Source: Escherichia coli
GTDB lineage: Bacteria; Pseudomonadota; Gammaproteobacteria; Enterobacterales; Enterobacteriaceae
Reading direction: 5' to 3' (one strand)
Assembly: GCF_041886205.1 (NCBI RefSeq)
Contig: NZ_CP169029.1
Length of the DNA: 64,000 nucleotides
The notes below the pieces were generated by a model. It saw only the letters and a list, made by a program, of their open reading frames with translations. It made no database searches and had not been told where the DNA came from. Numbering within the stretch: position 1 is the first letter of the stretch; every line of letters begins with the position of its first letter. The translations under genes and the position numbers were made by a program. Below are positions 1-14,623 of the stretch, piece by piece.

Positions 1-229
1 GTTGCGCGACATAAATGACCGAGAAATCGCTGATGAGAAAACAATACGTCAGTACGCCAAAGGCGAGCAGCAGGAGCGCGAACTGCGCCAGAATGCCGAT
101 GCAAGTGAGTCGCATCATGGCAGGCCAGCGCAACCGCACTCCCGCAAAGGCCGTCAACGGGGTCAACACGTTGACCCCGAGACTTAATAACAACGCCAGA
201 AAACCGACTTCAGGAAGGAATACGTCCAG
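1..229 (-). CDS. nrfE: NrfE/CcmF-type haem lyase, N-terminal fragment (gene runs off the left edge)
   Basis: The minus-strand frame is open from about 229 to base 1. It reads ...FLPEVGFLALLLSLGVNVLTPLTAFAGVRLRWPAMMRLTCIGILAQFALLLLAFGVLTYCFLISDFSVIYVAQ, a hydrophobic CcmF/NrfE-like N-terminus directly downstream of nrfD. No canonical in-frame ATG/GTG lies near the 5' end, so the start is unresolved. Confidence 0.6.
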   Translation of the reverse strand, partial: MDVFLPEVGFLALLLSLGVNVLTPLTAFAGVRLRWPAMMRLTCIGILAQFALLLLAFGVLTYCFLISDFSVIYVAQ

Positions 230-248
230 AAACCACCTCTTTTCTGGC

Positions 249-1205
249 TTACGCCACCGTCAACTGTCCGGCGTAGAGAATGAAAAAGCGCAGCATCAAC
301 ACGCCGACCAGACTGGCCCCACACGCCGCCAGCACGGCAGGAATGCCGGAACTGCGATTGACCCACGGTTTGAGCAACATTGGCACAATCAGCCCCAGCC
401 CGGCGACACCAAGCCAGAACCACCACGTCCAGAAACCGCCACCCAATGCCGCCACCAGCGCACGCACTTTACCGTCATCGCCCAGCGCCAGACCGACAAA
501 AAACGCCACCAGCAGGAAGATTTCACCCCATACCACAGGGATTTCCATACGGTGAATAAAGTGCGCTTCCGTGGAATATGGATTTTTGCGTTGGCGTATC
601 GCCATGGCGATCAGCGCCACCGCCGCACCGGACGAGATGCCGGAGAAGAGGAACAGCACCGGCAGGATCGGGTTATTGAGGAACGGATACGATTTCAGCG
701 CCGACAGCAGAAAGCCGGTATAAGCCCCCAACAACACCGCCAACACCAGCATCAATGTTTCCAGTCCGCGATGAACGGGCGTCAGCAGGCTCAGAACCTT
801 TTGCACGATCCCCAGCTTCGGCAACCAGCGTTGTTGCAGGGCAAGCAAATCATGTTCAAAGATTTTCGCCAGCCACAGCACCAGCACCACCATGTAGAGC
901 TGAAACAGCATCACCCCCATCGACATCACCGAGGTAAAACTGTAGTGGAACATCAGCTTCCAGAAGGTCCACGGTCTTGTCAGGTGGAAGACGAGGATCA
1001 ACAGACCGAGGATCACCGCGCCCGGCCCGACAATCAGCGTGGTGCGCAGCAACGTACTGTCTGCACCGCCCGCCTGCGGGTAGAAGCGACGTAACAGCAC
1101 GGCCAGCGTCACCAGACCGGCAGAAATACCAATCAAAAACAGGTAGATGGCAATCGGCCAGTCCCACACCAGCGATTCAAAATGAAATGCGGAAGTCTGC
1201 GTCAT
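249..1205 (-). CDS. nrfD: NrfD, polytopic membrane quinol-oxidising subunit of the formate-dependent nitrite reductase
   Basis: 318-aa multi-TM ORF. Its start overlaps the nrfC stop. Synteny is nrfA-B-C-D. Confidence 0.93.
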   Translation of the reverse strand: MTQTSAFHFESLVWDWPIAIYLFLIGISAGLVTLAVLLRRFYPQAGGADSTLLRTTLIVGPGAVILGLLILVFHLTRPWTFWKLMFHYSFTSVMSMGVMLFQLYMVVLVLWLAKIFEHDLLALQQRWLPKLGIVQKVLSLLTPVHRGLETLMLVLAVLLGAYTGFLLSALKSYPFLNNPILPVLFLFSGISSGAAVALIAMAIRQRKNPYSTEAHFIHRMEIPVVWGEIFLLVAFFVGLALGDDGKVRALVAALGGGFWTWWFWLGVAGLGLIVPMLLKPWVNRSSGIPAVLAACGASLVGVLMLRFFILYAGQLTVA

Positions 1206-1873
1206 TGGCTCACCTCCCCGTATTTAAACGGTACGCGGTACAGCTTCGGTTTGGTTCCCAGCGCCAGCTTGTAGCGGTAAGTAGGCTTCTGGCGCAGCAG
1301 TTGCGAAATCTCACTGTTAGGATCGTCCAGATTGCCAAACGTCAGCGCCTTCGTCGGGCAAGCCTCAACGCACGCGGGCAGCTTACCGGCCTGCAAATTG
1401 GTCTTACGGCAGAAATCGCATTTGTCCGCTGTCTTCGTGACCGGATGGATAAAACGCACGCGGTACGGACAGGCGGCGATGCAGTACTGACAACCGACGC
1501 AGAGATCCGGGTTAACATCGACAATCCCGCTAGCGGCATCACGAAAAGAGGCACCCGTTGGGCAGACGTCAACGCACGGCGCATGATCGCAGTGCTGGCA
1601 AGACTTACGGAAGAAGCGATATTTCACATCAGGAAATTCGCCCTGCGGCTCGCTACGAATAATCGTCAGGCGCGAGACGCCTTCCGGCACCTTGTTCACT
1701 TCCCGACAAGCATCCATACAGGCGGTACAGCCGATGCATAACGACTCGTCATGCACCATGCCGTAACGTACCCCATTGATATTCAACGTTTTCGCCACCA
1801 CGCGTCCTGCGGTGCCGCTGACGGCTGCCAGCACGCCGACGCCGGTGAGAAACTGGCGACGAGACCAGGTCAT
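1202..1873 (-). CDS. nrfC: NrfC, 4Fe-4S ferredoxin-type subunit (Tat-exported)
   Basis: 223 aa. Twin-arginine signal SRRQFLTG. Several CxxCxxCxxxCP clusters ([37 protein letters not shown]). Confidence 0.93.
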   Translation of the reverse strand: MTWSRRQFLTGVGVLAAVSGTAGRVVAKTLNINGVRYGMVHDESLCIGCTACMDACREVNKVPEGVSRLTIIRSEPQGEFPDVKYRFFRKSCQHCDHAPCVDVCPTGASFRDAASGIVDVNPDLCVGCQYCIAACPYRVRFIHPVTKTADKCDFCRKTNLQAGKLPACVEACPTKALTFGNLDDPNSEISQLLRQKPTYRYKLALGTKPKLYRVPFKYGEVSQ

Positions 1874-2436
1874 GGCTGCTCCTTAAGCAACGGAACAGAC
1901 GCCGGGTTAAAGTTCGGATTGGTGCGCTGATCGCTGTGGCAATCGACGCAAATCTTAATCCGTCCTTTGTCACTTAACGTCTGCATCGTATCTTGCTGTG
2001 GATGCAGGGAATGGCAGCTGGCGCACGCCACTTTGGTTACGTGGACATCGTGCGGCCAGAACGCTTTTTGCAACTGTTCCGGCAGATGGCAGGACATACA
2101 GACGCTGTTCTGCTCTCCAACCTTGTACATCGGCTCGTTAAAGCGCATCACATCTTTCACCCCTTCGCGGTGTTGCGGTGATGGCTGGCCGTGACAGTTG
2201 GTGCAGGTGACCGGCAGTTTGTTATTCGGGTTGATAACGGAAGCATGTTTGCCATGCATACCTTCGGTATCTGGCTTATGACAGTCCAGACAGGCGGCAT
2301 CCGGGTTACGCTGCTGGGTAACTTCGTAGCGATCATCAGATGCCTGCGCCGCAGGGGTAGCGGTAATTCCGTTCAGGCTCCACATCAGGCCCGACGCCAG
2401 CACCCCGGCAGTTAATAACGAACGTAATACGCTCAT
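1870..2436 (-). CDS. nrfB: NrfB, periplasmic pentahaem cytochrome c
   Basis: Signal peptide plus five CxxCH motifs (CLDCH, CTNCH, CMSCH, CASCH, CVDCH). Start placed at MSVLRS. Confidence 0.92.
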   Translation of the reverse strand: MSVLRSLLTAGVLASGLMWSLNGITATPAAQASDDRYEVTQQRNPDAACLDCHKPDTEGMHGKHASVINPNNKLPVTCTNCHGQPSPQHREGVKDVMRFNEPMYKVGEQNSVCMSCHLPEQLQKAFWPHDVHVTKVACASCHSLHPQQDTMQTLSDKGRIKICVDCHSDQRTNPNFNPASVPLLKEQP

Positions 2437-2480
2437 ATTCACTCCATTGTGTTTTCCGCCCCTTGCGAGGCGGAACGGGG

Positions 2481-3959
<1,479 letters not shown>

Positions 3960-4044
3960 TTATTGTTTTTCACGACAGTAACCGCACCTACACTGTCATG
4001 ACATTGCTCGCCCCTATGTGTAACAAATAACCACACTGTGAATG

Positions 4045-4058
4045 TTGTCTTTAATCAA
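4045..4058. promoter_or_regulatory. Putative FNR site of the nrfA promoter
   Basis: The reverse complement reads TTGATTAAAGACAA, close to TTGAT-N4-ATCAA. It lies about 130 bp upstream of the nrfA start in the AT-rich nrfA/acs divergent control region. Confidence 0.45.
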
Positions 4059-4309
4059 TTGTAAGTGCATGTAAAATACCACTTTAGAGTTAGTCAGTAT
4101 CTTCCTCTTTTTCAACAGCATGCATAACTGCATGTTCCTCAAAGAATTAATCAACTTTTGTTGCTGACCTTCAAAAATTACCCTGCCGTTTATTTGCACA
4201 ATTCTACTTTTGCGTGATCTGTCGCCCAAATACTAAACAAAACTGCCAATACCCCTACATTTAACGCTTATGCCACATATTATTAACATCCTACAAGGAG
4301 AACAAAAGC

Positions 4310-6268
4310 ATGAGTCAAATTCACAAACACACCATTCCTGCCAACATCGCAGACCGTTGCCTGATAAACCCTCAGCAGTACGAGGCGATGTATCAACAAT
4401 CTATTAACGCACCTGATACCTTCTGGGGCGAACAGGGAAAAATTCTCGACTGGATCAAACCGTACCAGAAGGTGAAAAACACCTCCTTTGCCCCCGGTAA
4501 TGTCTCCATTAAATGGTACGAGGACGGCACGCTGAATCTGGCGGCAAACTGCCTTGACCGCCATCTGCAAGAAAACGGCGATCGTACCGCCATCATCTGG
4601 GAAGGCGACGACGCCAGCCAGAGCAAACATATCAGCTATAAAGAGCTGCACCGCGACGTCTGCCGCTTCGCCAATACCCTGCTCGAGCTGGGCATTAAAA
4701 AAGGTGACGTGGTGGCGATTTATATGCCGATGGTGCCGGAAGCCGCGGTTGCGATGCTGGCCTGCGCCCGTATTGGCGCGGTGCATTCGGTAATTTTCGG
4801 TGGCTTCTCGCCGGAAGCCGTTGCCGGGCGCATTATCGATTCTAACTCACGGTTGGTGATCACTTCCGACGAAGGCGTGCGCGCCGGGCGTAGTATTCCG
4901 CTGAAGAAAAACGTTGATGACGCACTAAAAAACCCGAACGTCACCAGCGTAGAGCATGTGGTGGTACTGAAGCGTACTGGCGGGAAAATTGACTGGCAGG
5001 AAGGGCGCGACCTGTGGTGGCACGACCTGGTTGAGCAAGCCAGCGATCAGCACCAGGCGGAAGAGATGAACGCCGAAGATCCGCTGTTTATTCTCTACAC
5101 CTCAGGTTCTACCGGAAAACCGAAAGGCGTACTGCACACTACCGGCGGTTATCTGGTGTACGCGGCGCTGACCTTTAAATATGTCTTTGATTATCATCCG
5201 GGTGATATCTACTGGTGCACCGCCGATGTGGGCTGGGTGACCGGACACAGTTACTTGCTGTACGGCCCGCTGGCCTGCGGTGCGACCACGCTGATGTTTG
5301 AAGGCGTACCGAACTGGCCGACGCCTGCCCGTATGGCGCAGGTGGTGGACAAGCATCAGGTCAATATTCTCTATACCGCACCCACGGCGATCCGCGCGCT
5401 GATGGCGGAAGGCGATAAAGCGATCGAGGGTACCGACCGTTCGTCGCTGCGCATTCTCGGTTCCGTGGGCGAGCCAATTAACCCGGAAGCGTGGGAGTGG
5501 TACTGGAAAAAAATCGGCAACGAGAAATGTCCGGTGGTCGATACCTGGTGGCAGACCGAAACTGGCGGTTTCATGATCACGCCGCTGCCTGGCGCTACCG
5601 AGCTGAAAGCCGGTTCGGCAACACGTCCGTTCTTCGGCGTGCAACCGGCGCTGGTCGATAACGAAGGTAACCCGCTGGAAGGCGCTACCGAAGGCAGCCT
5701 GGTGATCACCGACTCCTGGCCGGGTCAGGCGCGTACGCTGTTTGGCGATCACGAACGTTTTGAACAGACCTACTTCTCCACCTTCAAAAATATGTATTTC
5801 AGCGGCGACGGCGCGCGTCGCGATGAAGATGGCTATTACTGGATAACCGGGCGTGTGGACGATGTGCTGAACGTCTCCGGTCACCGTCTGGGAACGGCGG
5901 AGATTGAGTCGGCGCTGGTGGCGCATCCGAAGATTGCCGAAGCCGCCGTAGTAGGTATTCCGCACAATATTAAAGGTCAGGCGATCTACGCCTACGTCAC
6001 GCTTAATCACGGGGAGGAACCGTCACCAGAACTGTACGCAGAAGTCCGCAACTGGGTGCGTAAAGAGATTGGCCCGCTGGCGACGCCAGACGTGCTGCAC
6101 TGGACCGACTCCCTGCCTAAAACCCGCTCCGGCAAAATTATGCGCCGTATTCTGCGCAAAATTGCGGCGGGCGATACCAGCAACCTGGGCGATACCTCGA
6201 CGCTTGCCGATCCTGGCGTAGTCGAGAAGCTGCTTGAAGAGAAGCAGGCTATCGCGATGCCATCGTAA
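4310..6268 (+). CDS. acs: Acetyl-CoA synthetase (AMP-forming)
   Basis: 652 aa. Adenylate-forming motifs [11 protein letters not shown] and TRSGKIMRR. Followed by yjcH-actP. Confidence 0.97.
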   Translation: MSQIHKHTIPANIADRCLINPQQYEAMYQQSINAPDTFWGEQGKILDWIKPYQKVKNTSFAPGNVSIKWYEDGTLNLAANCLDRHLQENGDRTAIIWEGDDASQSKHISYKELHRDVCRFANTLLELGIKKGDVVAIYMPMVPEAAVAMLACARIGAVHSVIFGGFSPEAVAGRIIDSNSRLVITSDEGVRAGRSIPLKKNVDDALKNPNVTSVEHVVVLKRTGGKIDWQEGRDLWWHDLVEQASDQHQAEEMNAEDPLFILYTSGSTGKPKGVLHTTGGYLVYAALTFKYVFDYHPGDIYWCTADVGWVTGHSYLLYGPLACGATTLMFEGVPNWPTPARMAQVVDKHQVNILYTAPTAIRALMAEGDKAIEGTDRSSLRILGSVGEPINPEAWEWYWKKIGNEKCPVVDTWWQTETGGFMITPLPGATELKAGSATRPFFGVQPALVDNEGNPLEGATEGSLVITDSWPGQARTLFGDHERFEQTYFSTFKNMYFSGDGARRDEDGYYWITGRVDDVLNVSGHRLGTAEIESALVAHPKIAEAAVVGIPHNIKGQAIYAYVTLNHGEEPSPELYAEVRNWVRKEIGPLATPDVLHWTDSLPKTRSGKIMRRILRKIAAGDTSNLGDTSTLADPGVVEKLLEEKQAIAMPS

Positions 6269-6277
6269 CCCACAATT

Positions 6278-6380
6278 GCCGGATGCGAGTCGGTAACGGT
6301 TTGTAGGCCTGATAAGACGCGACAGCGTCGCATCAGGCATTGATTGCCGGATGCGGCGTATAACGCCTTATCCGGCCTAC
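6278..6380. repeat. REP/BIME element cluster
   Basis: GCCGGATGCG...CGCATCAGGC...GCCGGATGCGGCGT...CGCCTTATCCGGCCTAC imperfect palindromes between acs and yjcH. Confidence 0.85.
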
Positions 6381-6468
6381 ATTCGGCAAGGGTTACCCGA
6401 GCGTTAACCTTCTCCCATAAGGGAGCGGGAATTAAAACAATCCCTACATTACCTCTGGAGAATCTGTG

Positions 6469-8429
<1,961 letters not shown>

Positions 8430-8605
8430 TCTCTCCCCTTCCCCGGTCGCCTGACCGGGGAATACTCTTCCTCTCCAACATGCATCACCTTTTCCCATAA
8501 TATTAAACAAATAAACTTATTAAAAATGAGCGATTTTTGACAGTCGTAGAAAATGATAATGCAGAGAATATGCCTTTTCTTTCTTGTTAATTATAAGGAT
8601 ATTTT

Positions 8606-9898
8606 ATGCGCTATAATGGTTTAAATAATATGTTTTTCCCTCTTTGCCTGATTAACGATAACCACTCTGTCACAAGTCCATCACATACAAAGAAAACAAA
8701 ATCAGATAATTACAGCAAACATCATAAAAACACGTTAATTGACAATAAAGCCCTCTCTCTTTTCAAAATGGATGATCATGAAAAAGTGATAGGCTTGATT
8801 CAGAAAATGAAAAGAATTTATGATAGTTTACCATCAGGAAAAATCACGAAAGAAACGGACAGGAAAATACATAAATATTTTATAGATATAGCTTCATATG
8901 CAAATAATAAATGTGACGATAGAATTACGAGAAGAGTTTACCTTAATAAAGATAAGGAAGTGTCAATTAAGGTGGTATATTTTATAAATAATGTCACCGT
9001 CCATAATAATACTATCGAAATCCCACAGACAGTAAATGGTGGTTACGATTTTTCACACCTTAGCCTGAAAGGTATCGTGATTAAAGATGAAGATTTATCC
9101 AATTCGAATTTTGCAGGTTGCAGACTACAAAACGCTATTTTTCAGGACTGTAATATGTATAAAACGAATTTTAATTTCGCCATAATGGAAAAAATACTTT
9201 TTGATAATTGTATTCTCGATGACTCAAATTTCGCTCAGATAAAAATGACTGACGGAACTCTAAATTCATGTTCCGCTATGCATGTTCAATTCTACAATGC
9301 AACAATGAATAGAGCCAATATTAAAAATACCTTCCTTGATTATTCAAATTTTTATATGGCATACATGGCTGAGGTAAATCTTTATAAAGTAATAGCGCCA
9401 TATGTTAATTTATTTAAAGCCGACCTTAGTTTCTCTAAACTCGATTTAATTAACTTTGAAAATGCTGATCTGTCTCGCGTCAACCTGAACAAATCAATCC
9501 TCCAGAATATAAACTTAATTGATAGTAAACTCTTTTTTACACGGCTGACAAATACGTTCCTCGAAATGGTTATATGCACCGATTCTAATATGGCTAATGT
9601 TAATTTTAATAATGCCAATTTAAGCAATTGCCATTTCAACTGTTCTGTTTTAACAAAAGCCTGGATGTTTAATACCCGTCTCTATCGGGTTAATTTCGAT
9701 GAGGCTAGCGTCCAGGGAATGGGCATTTCCATTCTCCGTGGGGAGGAGAATATTCCCATTAACAGTGATACCCTGGTAACACTACAGAAATTCTTTGAAG
9801 AAGATTGTGCCACTCATACTGGCATGTCACAAACTGAGGATAATCTTCATGCAGTCGCTATGAATATTACTGCAGATATTATGCAACACGCAGATTGA
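8606..9898 (+). CDS. yjcF: Pentapeptide-repeat protein
   Basis: 430 aa. The C-terminal two thirds consist of tandem pentapeptide repeats (e.g. ANLSNCHFNCSVLTKAWMFNTRLYRVNFDEASV). The gene is visibly AT-rich. Position and length match K-12 yjcF. Confidence 0.85.
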   Translation: MRYNGLNNMFFPLCLINDNHSVTSPSHTKKTKSDNYSKHHKNTLIDNKALSLFKMDDHEKVIGLIQKMKRIYDSLPSGKITKETDRKIHKYFIDIASYANNKCDDRITRRVYLNKDKEVSIKVVYFINNVTVHNNTIEIPQTVNGGYDFSHLSLKGIVIKDEDLSNSNFAGCRLQNAIFQDCNMYKTNFNFAIMEKILFDNCILDDSNFAQIKMTDGTLNSCSAMHVQFYNATMNRANIKNTFLDYSNFYMAYMAEVNLYKVIAPYVNLFKADLSFSKLDLINFENADLSRVNLNKSILQNINLIDSKLFFTRLTNTFLEMVICTDSNMANVNFNNANLSNCHFNCSVLTKAWMFNTRLYRVNFDEASVQGMGISILRGEENIPINSDTLVTLQKFFEEDCATHTGMSQTEDNLHAVAMNITADIMQHAD

Positions 9899-10051
9899 GA
9901 TTAAGTCGAAGAACAGCCAATGAAATGACTTTAAAAGAGAGATAACTTATTTGTTTTAGAATCATGAATGTTAGCCCGAGCTAACCTGTTAAAGGTGCAA
10001 AAGATTGCACCTTTTTCAGATTACCTCGGGCCTGGTTACGTCGCTTTCGGC

Positions 10052-11701
10052 TTACTGATTTTCTTCAATCAACAACGCTTCAAGCAAATCGAGATCGTGC
10101 AGTAATTTTTGCAGCGTTTCGTTGCTGATCTCCCGCGTGGCGCGCAGGTGGTACAGTTCAGCACGTTCAGAACGCAATGCCGCCAGACGGAAGCGACGCT
10201 CAAGGTTCTCTTCCTGCACGGAACTTTCAACGTCGTTACGTCCATCGGCGCGACGACGCAGGTTACCAATGACGCGAGAACTGACCTCCGTAAGCAGCTG
10301 GTTATCGATATTCTCTTCGGTATCCGCCGCCAGACGCTCCTCCATTTTCTGGATCGCCACAATCGCCACTTCTGCCGTTGCCGCTCGCGCAATACGTTCC
10401 TCTTTCAATTGTTGCGAATGATCCGCGACTTCAATGTGTTGTAGCAGAATAGGCAACATCACCACGCCGACAAACAGCGAGAAGAGAATGACGCCAGCCG
10501 CCAGGAACACCAGCTCATAGCGCGCCGGGAAGACGTTACCATCCGGCAAGAGCAGCGGGATAGAGAGCACACCGGCCAGAGTGATCGCCCCACGCACCCC
10601 GGCGAAAGACGCGATCAGGATTTCTCGTGTGGTCCACGAACCAAACTCCATCGGCTTCTTCTTCAGGAAGCGGTTGCTGAACTTTTTCATCGTCCACAGC
10701 CAGCCGAAACGGACCAGCATCAGCGCCGCATATATCAGAATAATATCGGTAAACAGCATCCAGATTTCGACGTTAGGGTCGATTTCTGCCGCCATCAGCG
10801 ACGTCTCCAGAATACCCGGCAGCTGCAGACCTAACAGCAGGAACACCATGCCGTTAAAGACAAATTCCAGCATCGCCCAGGTGCTGTTTGCGCGCAGGCG
10901 CATTGCCAGCGGCGCACGGCGCATCACACCGGAGCGGGTGATGGTCATCCCGGCGGCAACCGCAGCGAGGATGCCCGAAACGCCAATATGTTCGGCAATC
11001 AGATAAGAAGCGAATGGCAGCAAGAACAGCAGAACAATCTGCGTCGCGGGTTCATCACCGCCCCAGCGGCTGAGGAATCGCAGCGAGCGACCATACAGCC
11101 AGCTCACCACAAAACCGGCAAGAATACCGCCAATGGCTACTTTCATAAATTCGACCGTCGCACCGCCGACGGTGAAGATCATCGTCCCCATCGCCACTGC
11201 CACGGCAAACTTCAACGACACCAGGCCGGAAGCGTCATTCATCAACGCTTCGCCCTGCAAAATGCCCATGATTTTTTTCGGGATGCGCCCTTCGCCAACA
11301 ATCCCGGAGAGCGCCACAGCATCGGTCGGAGAAAGTACCGCCGCCAGCGCAAAGGCGGGGATCAGCGGAATGCCCGGCACCACCCAGTAAATAAGGAAGC
11401 CAATGCCGACCACGGTGACCACCACCAGCGCCAGCGCGAGGCCGAAAATCTCTCGACCATGTTCGAGAAATTCACGGGTCGGCGTTTTCCAGCCATCAGC
11501 GAACAGCAACGGCGGGATAAACAAGACTAAAAAGAGTTCAGGATCAAACTCCACATGCAAACCAAACGTCGGCCACGCCAGTAGCGCACCGATGGCGATT
11601 TGCATAAGCGGAAGCGGGATCTGAAAGGGCATGACACGAGTGACCACCCCGGACAGCGAGACCACGAGGGTCATTATCAGTATGGTGAAGAAGATTTCCA
11701 T
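10052..11701 (-). CDS. yjcE: CPA1-family Na+(K+)/H+ exchanger
   Basis: 549 aa with a polytopic N-terminal domain and a soluble C-terminal tail. Synteny supports the call. Confidence 0.9.
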   Translation of the reverse strand: MEIFFTILIMTLVVSLSGVVTRVMPFQIPLPLMQIAIGALLAWPTFGLHVEFDPELFLVLFIPPLLFADGWKTPTREFLEHGREIFGLALALVVVTVVGIGFLIYWVVPGIPLIPAFALAAVLSPTDAVALSGIVGEGRIPKKIMGILQGEALMNDASGLVSLKFAVAVAMGTMIFTVGGATVEFMKVAIGGILAGFVVSWLYGRSLRFLSRWGGDEPATQIVLLFLLPFASYLIAEHIGVSGILAAVAAGMTITRSGVMRRAPLAMRLRANSTWAMLEFVFNGMVFLLLGLQLPGILETSLMAAEIDPNVEIWMLFTDIILIYAALMLVRFGWLWTMKKFSNRFLKKKPMEFGSWTTREILIASFAGVRGAITLAGVLSIPLLLPDGNVFPARYELVFLAAGVILFSLFVGVVMLPILLQHIEVADHSQQLKEERIARAATAEVAIVAIQKMEERLAADTEENIDNQLLTEVSSRVIGNLRRRADGRNDVESSVQEENLERRFRLAALRSERAELYHLRATREISNETLQKLLHDLDLLEALLIEENQ

Positions 11702-11852
11702 GCGTTCCCTGTTTGCGATGTTTTTTTATGATCTGAGAAAGGCGTTATGCCTGAATTCTCATTTTTTCAGAATATCGCAAAAGCTCACACAATGTGCGGA
11801 GAAAATAAAAACGGGCAGCCATTGCCACCCGTTTTCAGAATCCGATGAAAGA

Positions 11853-13202
11853 TTAGATAGCCCAGCCACCCGCATAGAAGGTCACCAGCGCCACGGCGAT
11901 AACGACCGTACCGATGTTCAACTTGCGCCATTCGCCGGAAACCAGACGACCAATCACCAGAGTCGCGAAGCCGATCATGATGCCTGTTACGATGTTACAG
12001 GTCAGCACGATGAATACCGCCGTAACCAGACCCGCCATCGCATCAACAAAATCAGCAAAGTCGATTTTCGCCACGTTGCTCAGCATCAGCAGGCCAACGT
12101 ACATCAGCGCCGGAGCCGTTGCATACCCCGGAACGAGGTAAGAGAGCGGAGAGAGGAACAGAATCAGCAGGAACAGCACGCCAACGGTGATAGCCGTCAA
12201 ACCGGTTTTACCGCCCGCCGCCGTACCCGCCGCAGACTCGATGTATACCGCTGCCGGAGCTGCACCCACCAGGCCAGAGAAAACGCTGCTCATGGAGTCA
12301 GTGGTCAGTGCTTTCCCACCGTCGATAATTTGCCCATCTTTATCCAGCAGGTTCGCCTGGCCGGCGACGGCACGGATAGTTCCGGTGGCATCAAATACTG
12401 CCGTCATTACCAGCGCCAGAACGCTTGGCAGGACTACAGGATTCAGCGCGCCCATAATGTCCAGGCTGCCAATCAGTGAGTTGCCGTTTTCATCGCTCAA
12501 TGAAGGCATGGCGAAAACGCCGGAGAAATGGACGTTAGGATCGAAGATCAAACCGACAATTGAGATACCGATAATGGTCAGCAGAATGCCACCAGGGACT
12601 TTCAGTTTTTCCAGGCCGATGATCACCGCCAGACCTACCAGTGACATAATCACCGGGAAGGTCGCGAAATCACCCAGCGCAACGGGCAGACCATCAAGCG
12701 GGTTTTTAATCACCAGACCGACACCGTTAGCGGCAATGAGCAGCAGGAACAGACCGATACCAATCCCCGTGCCGTGCGCCACACCGTGAGGCAAGTTGCG
12801 CAAAATCCAGCTACGGATACCCGTGGCAGAAATTACCGTAAACAGCACACCCATCAGGAACACGGCACCCAGCGCGACAGGTACGCTAATATGTTGCCCC
12901 AGCACCAGGCTGAATGCGGTAAACGCCGTCAGGGAGATGGCGCAACCAATCGCCAACGGCAGATTAGCCCACAGACCCATCACGATAGAACCGAGTCCGG
13001 CAACCAGACAGGTTGCAACGAAAACTGCCGCAGGCGGGAAGCCTGCTTTACCCAACATACCTGGAACGACGATGACCGAGTAGACCATCGCCAGAAACGT
13101 TGTTAACCCGGCAACCACTTCCTGACGGACAGTGCTTCCACGTTGTGAAATTTTAAACCAGGCGTCGAGTGAACCGCCGGTACGCGCTGATGGCGTAGAC
13201 AT
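11853..13202 (-). CDS. ghxP: Guanine/hypoxanthine permease (NCS2/AzgA family)
   Basis: 449-aa polytopic permease located between yjcE and soxR. Confidence 0.9.
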
Positions 13203-13615
13203 AAGAAAACATCCCCTGAGAGTTTAATTTTCGTCAAGATGCGTGGCGGACAATCCCCTGCCAGCGAAACGTTATCTTCCTGCTCCAGGTTTGCGACAAT
13301 TTGCTGCGTCGCAAAAAAGCAAACGTTTAGCTCCGCGCATACAAAACGGGTGGTAAAAAAAGCAAACGATTATCCGGCGATCATAGCGGCTTTTTCAACC
13401 GAAGTTTGCTGCTTTTTTCTCTTTTATTGTCTTGACGATGAAAAACCAGGCAATTGATGCGCAAACGTTATCGTCGGTGCGCAAGATTGCAGCGTTATCG
13501 AGCCGTATACCGTTCAGGATTGCGATAAAAAATCGTCTGAGATGACAAAAATATTGCGGTTAAAAAGTATACTTTTACACTGGCGAAGAAACGTCGGTGA
13601 CATACAATTAAAGCA

Positions 13616-13757
13616 TCAACACCAACCGGAACCTCCACCACGTGCTCGAATGAGGTGTGTTGACGTCGGGGGAAACCCTCCTGTGTACCAGCGGGATAGA
13701 GAGAAAGACAAAGACCGGAAAACAAACTAAAGCGCCCTTGTGGCGCTTTAGTTTTGT
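13616..13757 (+). ncRNA. sraL: Probable SraL (RyjA) small RNA
   Basis: The ghxP-soxR spacer holds a -10-like TACAAT at 13603-13608. A perfect 13-bp-stem terminator (AAACTAAAGCGCC/GGCGCTTTAGTTT, 13724-13754) plus T-run lies about 140 nt downstream and overlaps the soxR stop on the opposite strand. The known K-12 sRNA sits at this locus. Ends are approximate. Confidence 0.5.
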
Positions 13758-14212
13758 TCATCTTCCAGCAAGCGTGCGCCGGTACCTTCTTCTCCTAAGC
13801 GGTCGCCCGGGTTACGCAACGGGCAATCACTGCGCGAAAGGCAGCCACAACCAATACATCCGTCCAGTTCGTCACGCAGCGCCACTAAGGTATGAATGCG
13901 CCGATCCAACTCTTCTCGCCATTGGGACGAAAGCTGTTTCCACTCTTTCGCACTTAACGTATGCCCTTCGGGCAACACGCCAAACGCTTCACCAATGGTC
14001 GCCAGCGGAATGCCAATACGCTGAGCAATTTTGATAATTGCAACATATCGCAACACATCACGTTTATATCGCCGCTGATTGCCGCTGTTACGGATACTGG
14101 TAATCAACCCTTTACTTTCATAGAAATGCAGCGCCGATACCGCCACACCGCTGCGTTTCGCCACTTCGCCGGGGGTTAGCAGCGCTTTAATGCGGGGTAA
14201 TTTCTTTTCCAT
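13748..14212 (-). CDS. soxR: Redox-sensing MerR-family activator SoxR
   Basis: 154 aa. N-terminal MerR HTH and C-terminal [12 protein letters not shown] [2Fe-2S] motif. Confidence 0.97.
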   Translation of the reverse strand: MEKKLPRIKALLTPGEVAKRSGVAVSALHFYESKGLITSIRNSGNQRRYKRDVLRYVAIIKIAQRIGIPLATIGEAFGVLPEGHTLSAKEWKQLSSQWREELDRRIHTLVALRDELDGCIGCGCLSRSDCPLRNPGDRLGEEGTGARLLEDEQN

Positions 14213-14223
14213 AAATCGCTTTA

Positions 14224-14241
14224 CCTCAAGTTAACTTGAGG
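14224..14241. promoter_or_regulatory. SoxR operator within the soxS promoter
   Basis: Perfect palindrome CCTCAAGTTAACTTGAGG in the soxR/soxS divergent spacer. Confidence 0.9.
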
Positions 14242-14297
14242 AATTATACTCCCCAACAGATGAATTAACGAACTGAACACTGAAAAGAGGCAGATTT

Positions 14298-14621
14298 ATG
14301 TCCCATCAGAAAATTATTCAGGATCTTATCGCATGGATTGACGAGCATATTGACCAGCCGCTTAACATTGATGTAGTCGCAAAAAAATCAGGCTATTCAA
14401 AGTGGTACTTGCAACGAGTGTTCCGCACGGTGACGCATCAGACGCTTGGCGATTACATTCGCCAACGTCGCCTGTTACTGGCCGCCGTTGAGTTGCGCAC
14501 CACCGAGCGTCCGATTTTTGATATCGCAATGGACCTGGGTTATGTCTCGCAGCAGACCTTCTCCCGCGTTTTCCGTCGGCAGTTTGATCGCACTCCCAGC
14601 GATTATCGCCACCGCCTGTAG
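14298..14621 (+). CDS. soxS: AraC-family superoxide-response activator SoxS
   Basis: 107 aa with two HTH units. Divergent from soxR. Confidence 0.97.
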   Translation: MSHQKIIQDLIAWIDEHIDQPLNIDVVAKKSGYSKWYLQRVFRTVTHQTLGDYIRQRRLLLAAVELRTTERPIFDIAMDLGYVSQQTFSRVFRRQFDRTPSDYRHRL

Positions 14622-14623
14622 TT

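Noticed and set aside
15-1094. 359-aa plus-strand ORF covering nrfD. Similar long antisense ORFs occur elsewhere, e.g. 5102-6010 in acs, 7089-7817 in actP, 11631-12479 in yjcE/ghxP and 47117-47722 in the tail genes.
   Set aside because: These are shadow ORFs opposite well-supported genes in GC-rich DNA. Their products are Arg/His/Gln-rich low-complexity sequence with no motifs.
4014-4229. 71-aa ORF in the nrfA-acs intergenic region.
   Set aside because: It lies in the AT-rich divergent control region, which is densely regulated in K-12. It has no RBS and no recognisable protein features.
6278-6380. Palindromic repeats after acs, and the one at 24764-24793, as possible mobile or regulatory novelties.
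   Set aside because: They are standard REP/BIME elements of enterobacterial intergenic regions.
8606-9898. AT-rich pentapeptide-repeat gene as a possible foreign or novel element.
   Set aside because: It matches the size and position of yjcF, which is part of the conserved K-12 core arrangement. It is interesting biologically but is not a new feature of this window.
13239-13761. Small ORFs (72, 88 and 62 aa) in the ghxP-soxR spacer.
   Set aside because: This is the intergenic region with the sRNA locus and terminator. The ORFs lack RBSs and overlap each other on both strands.
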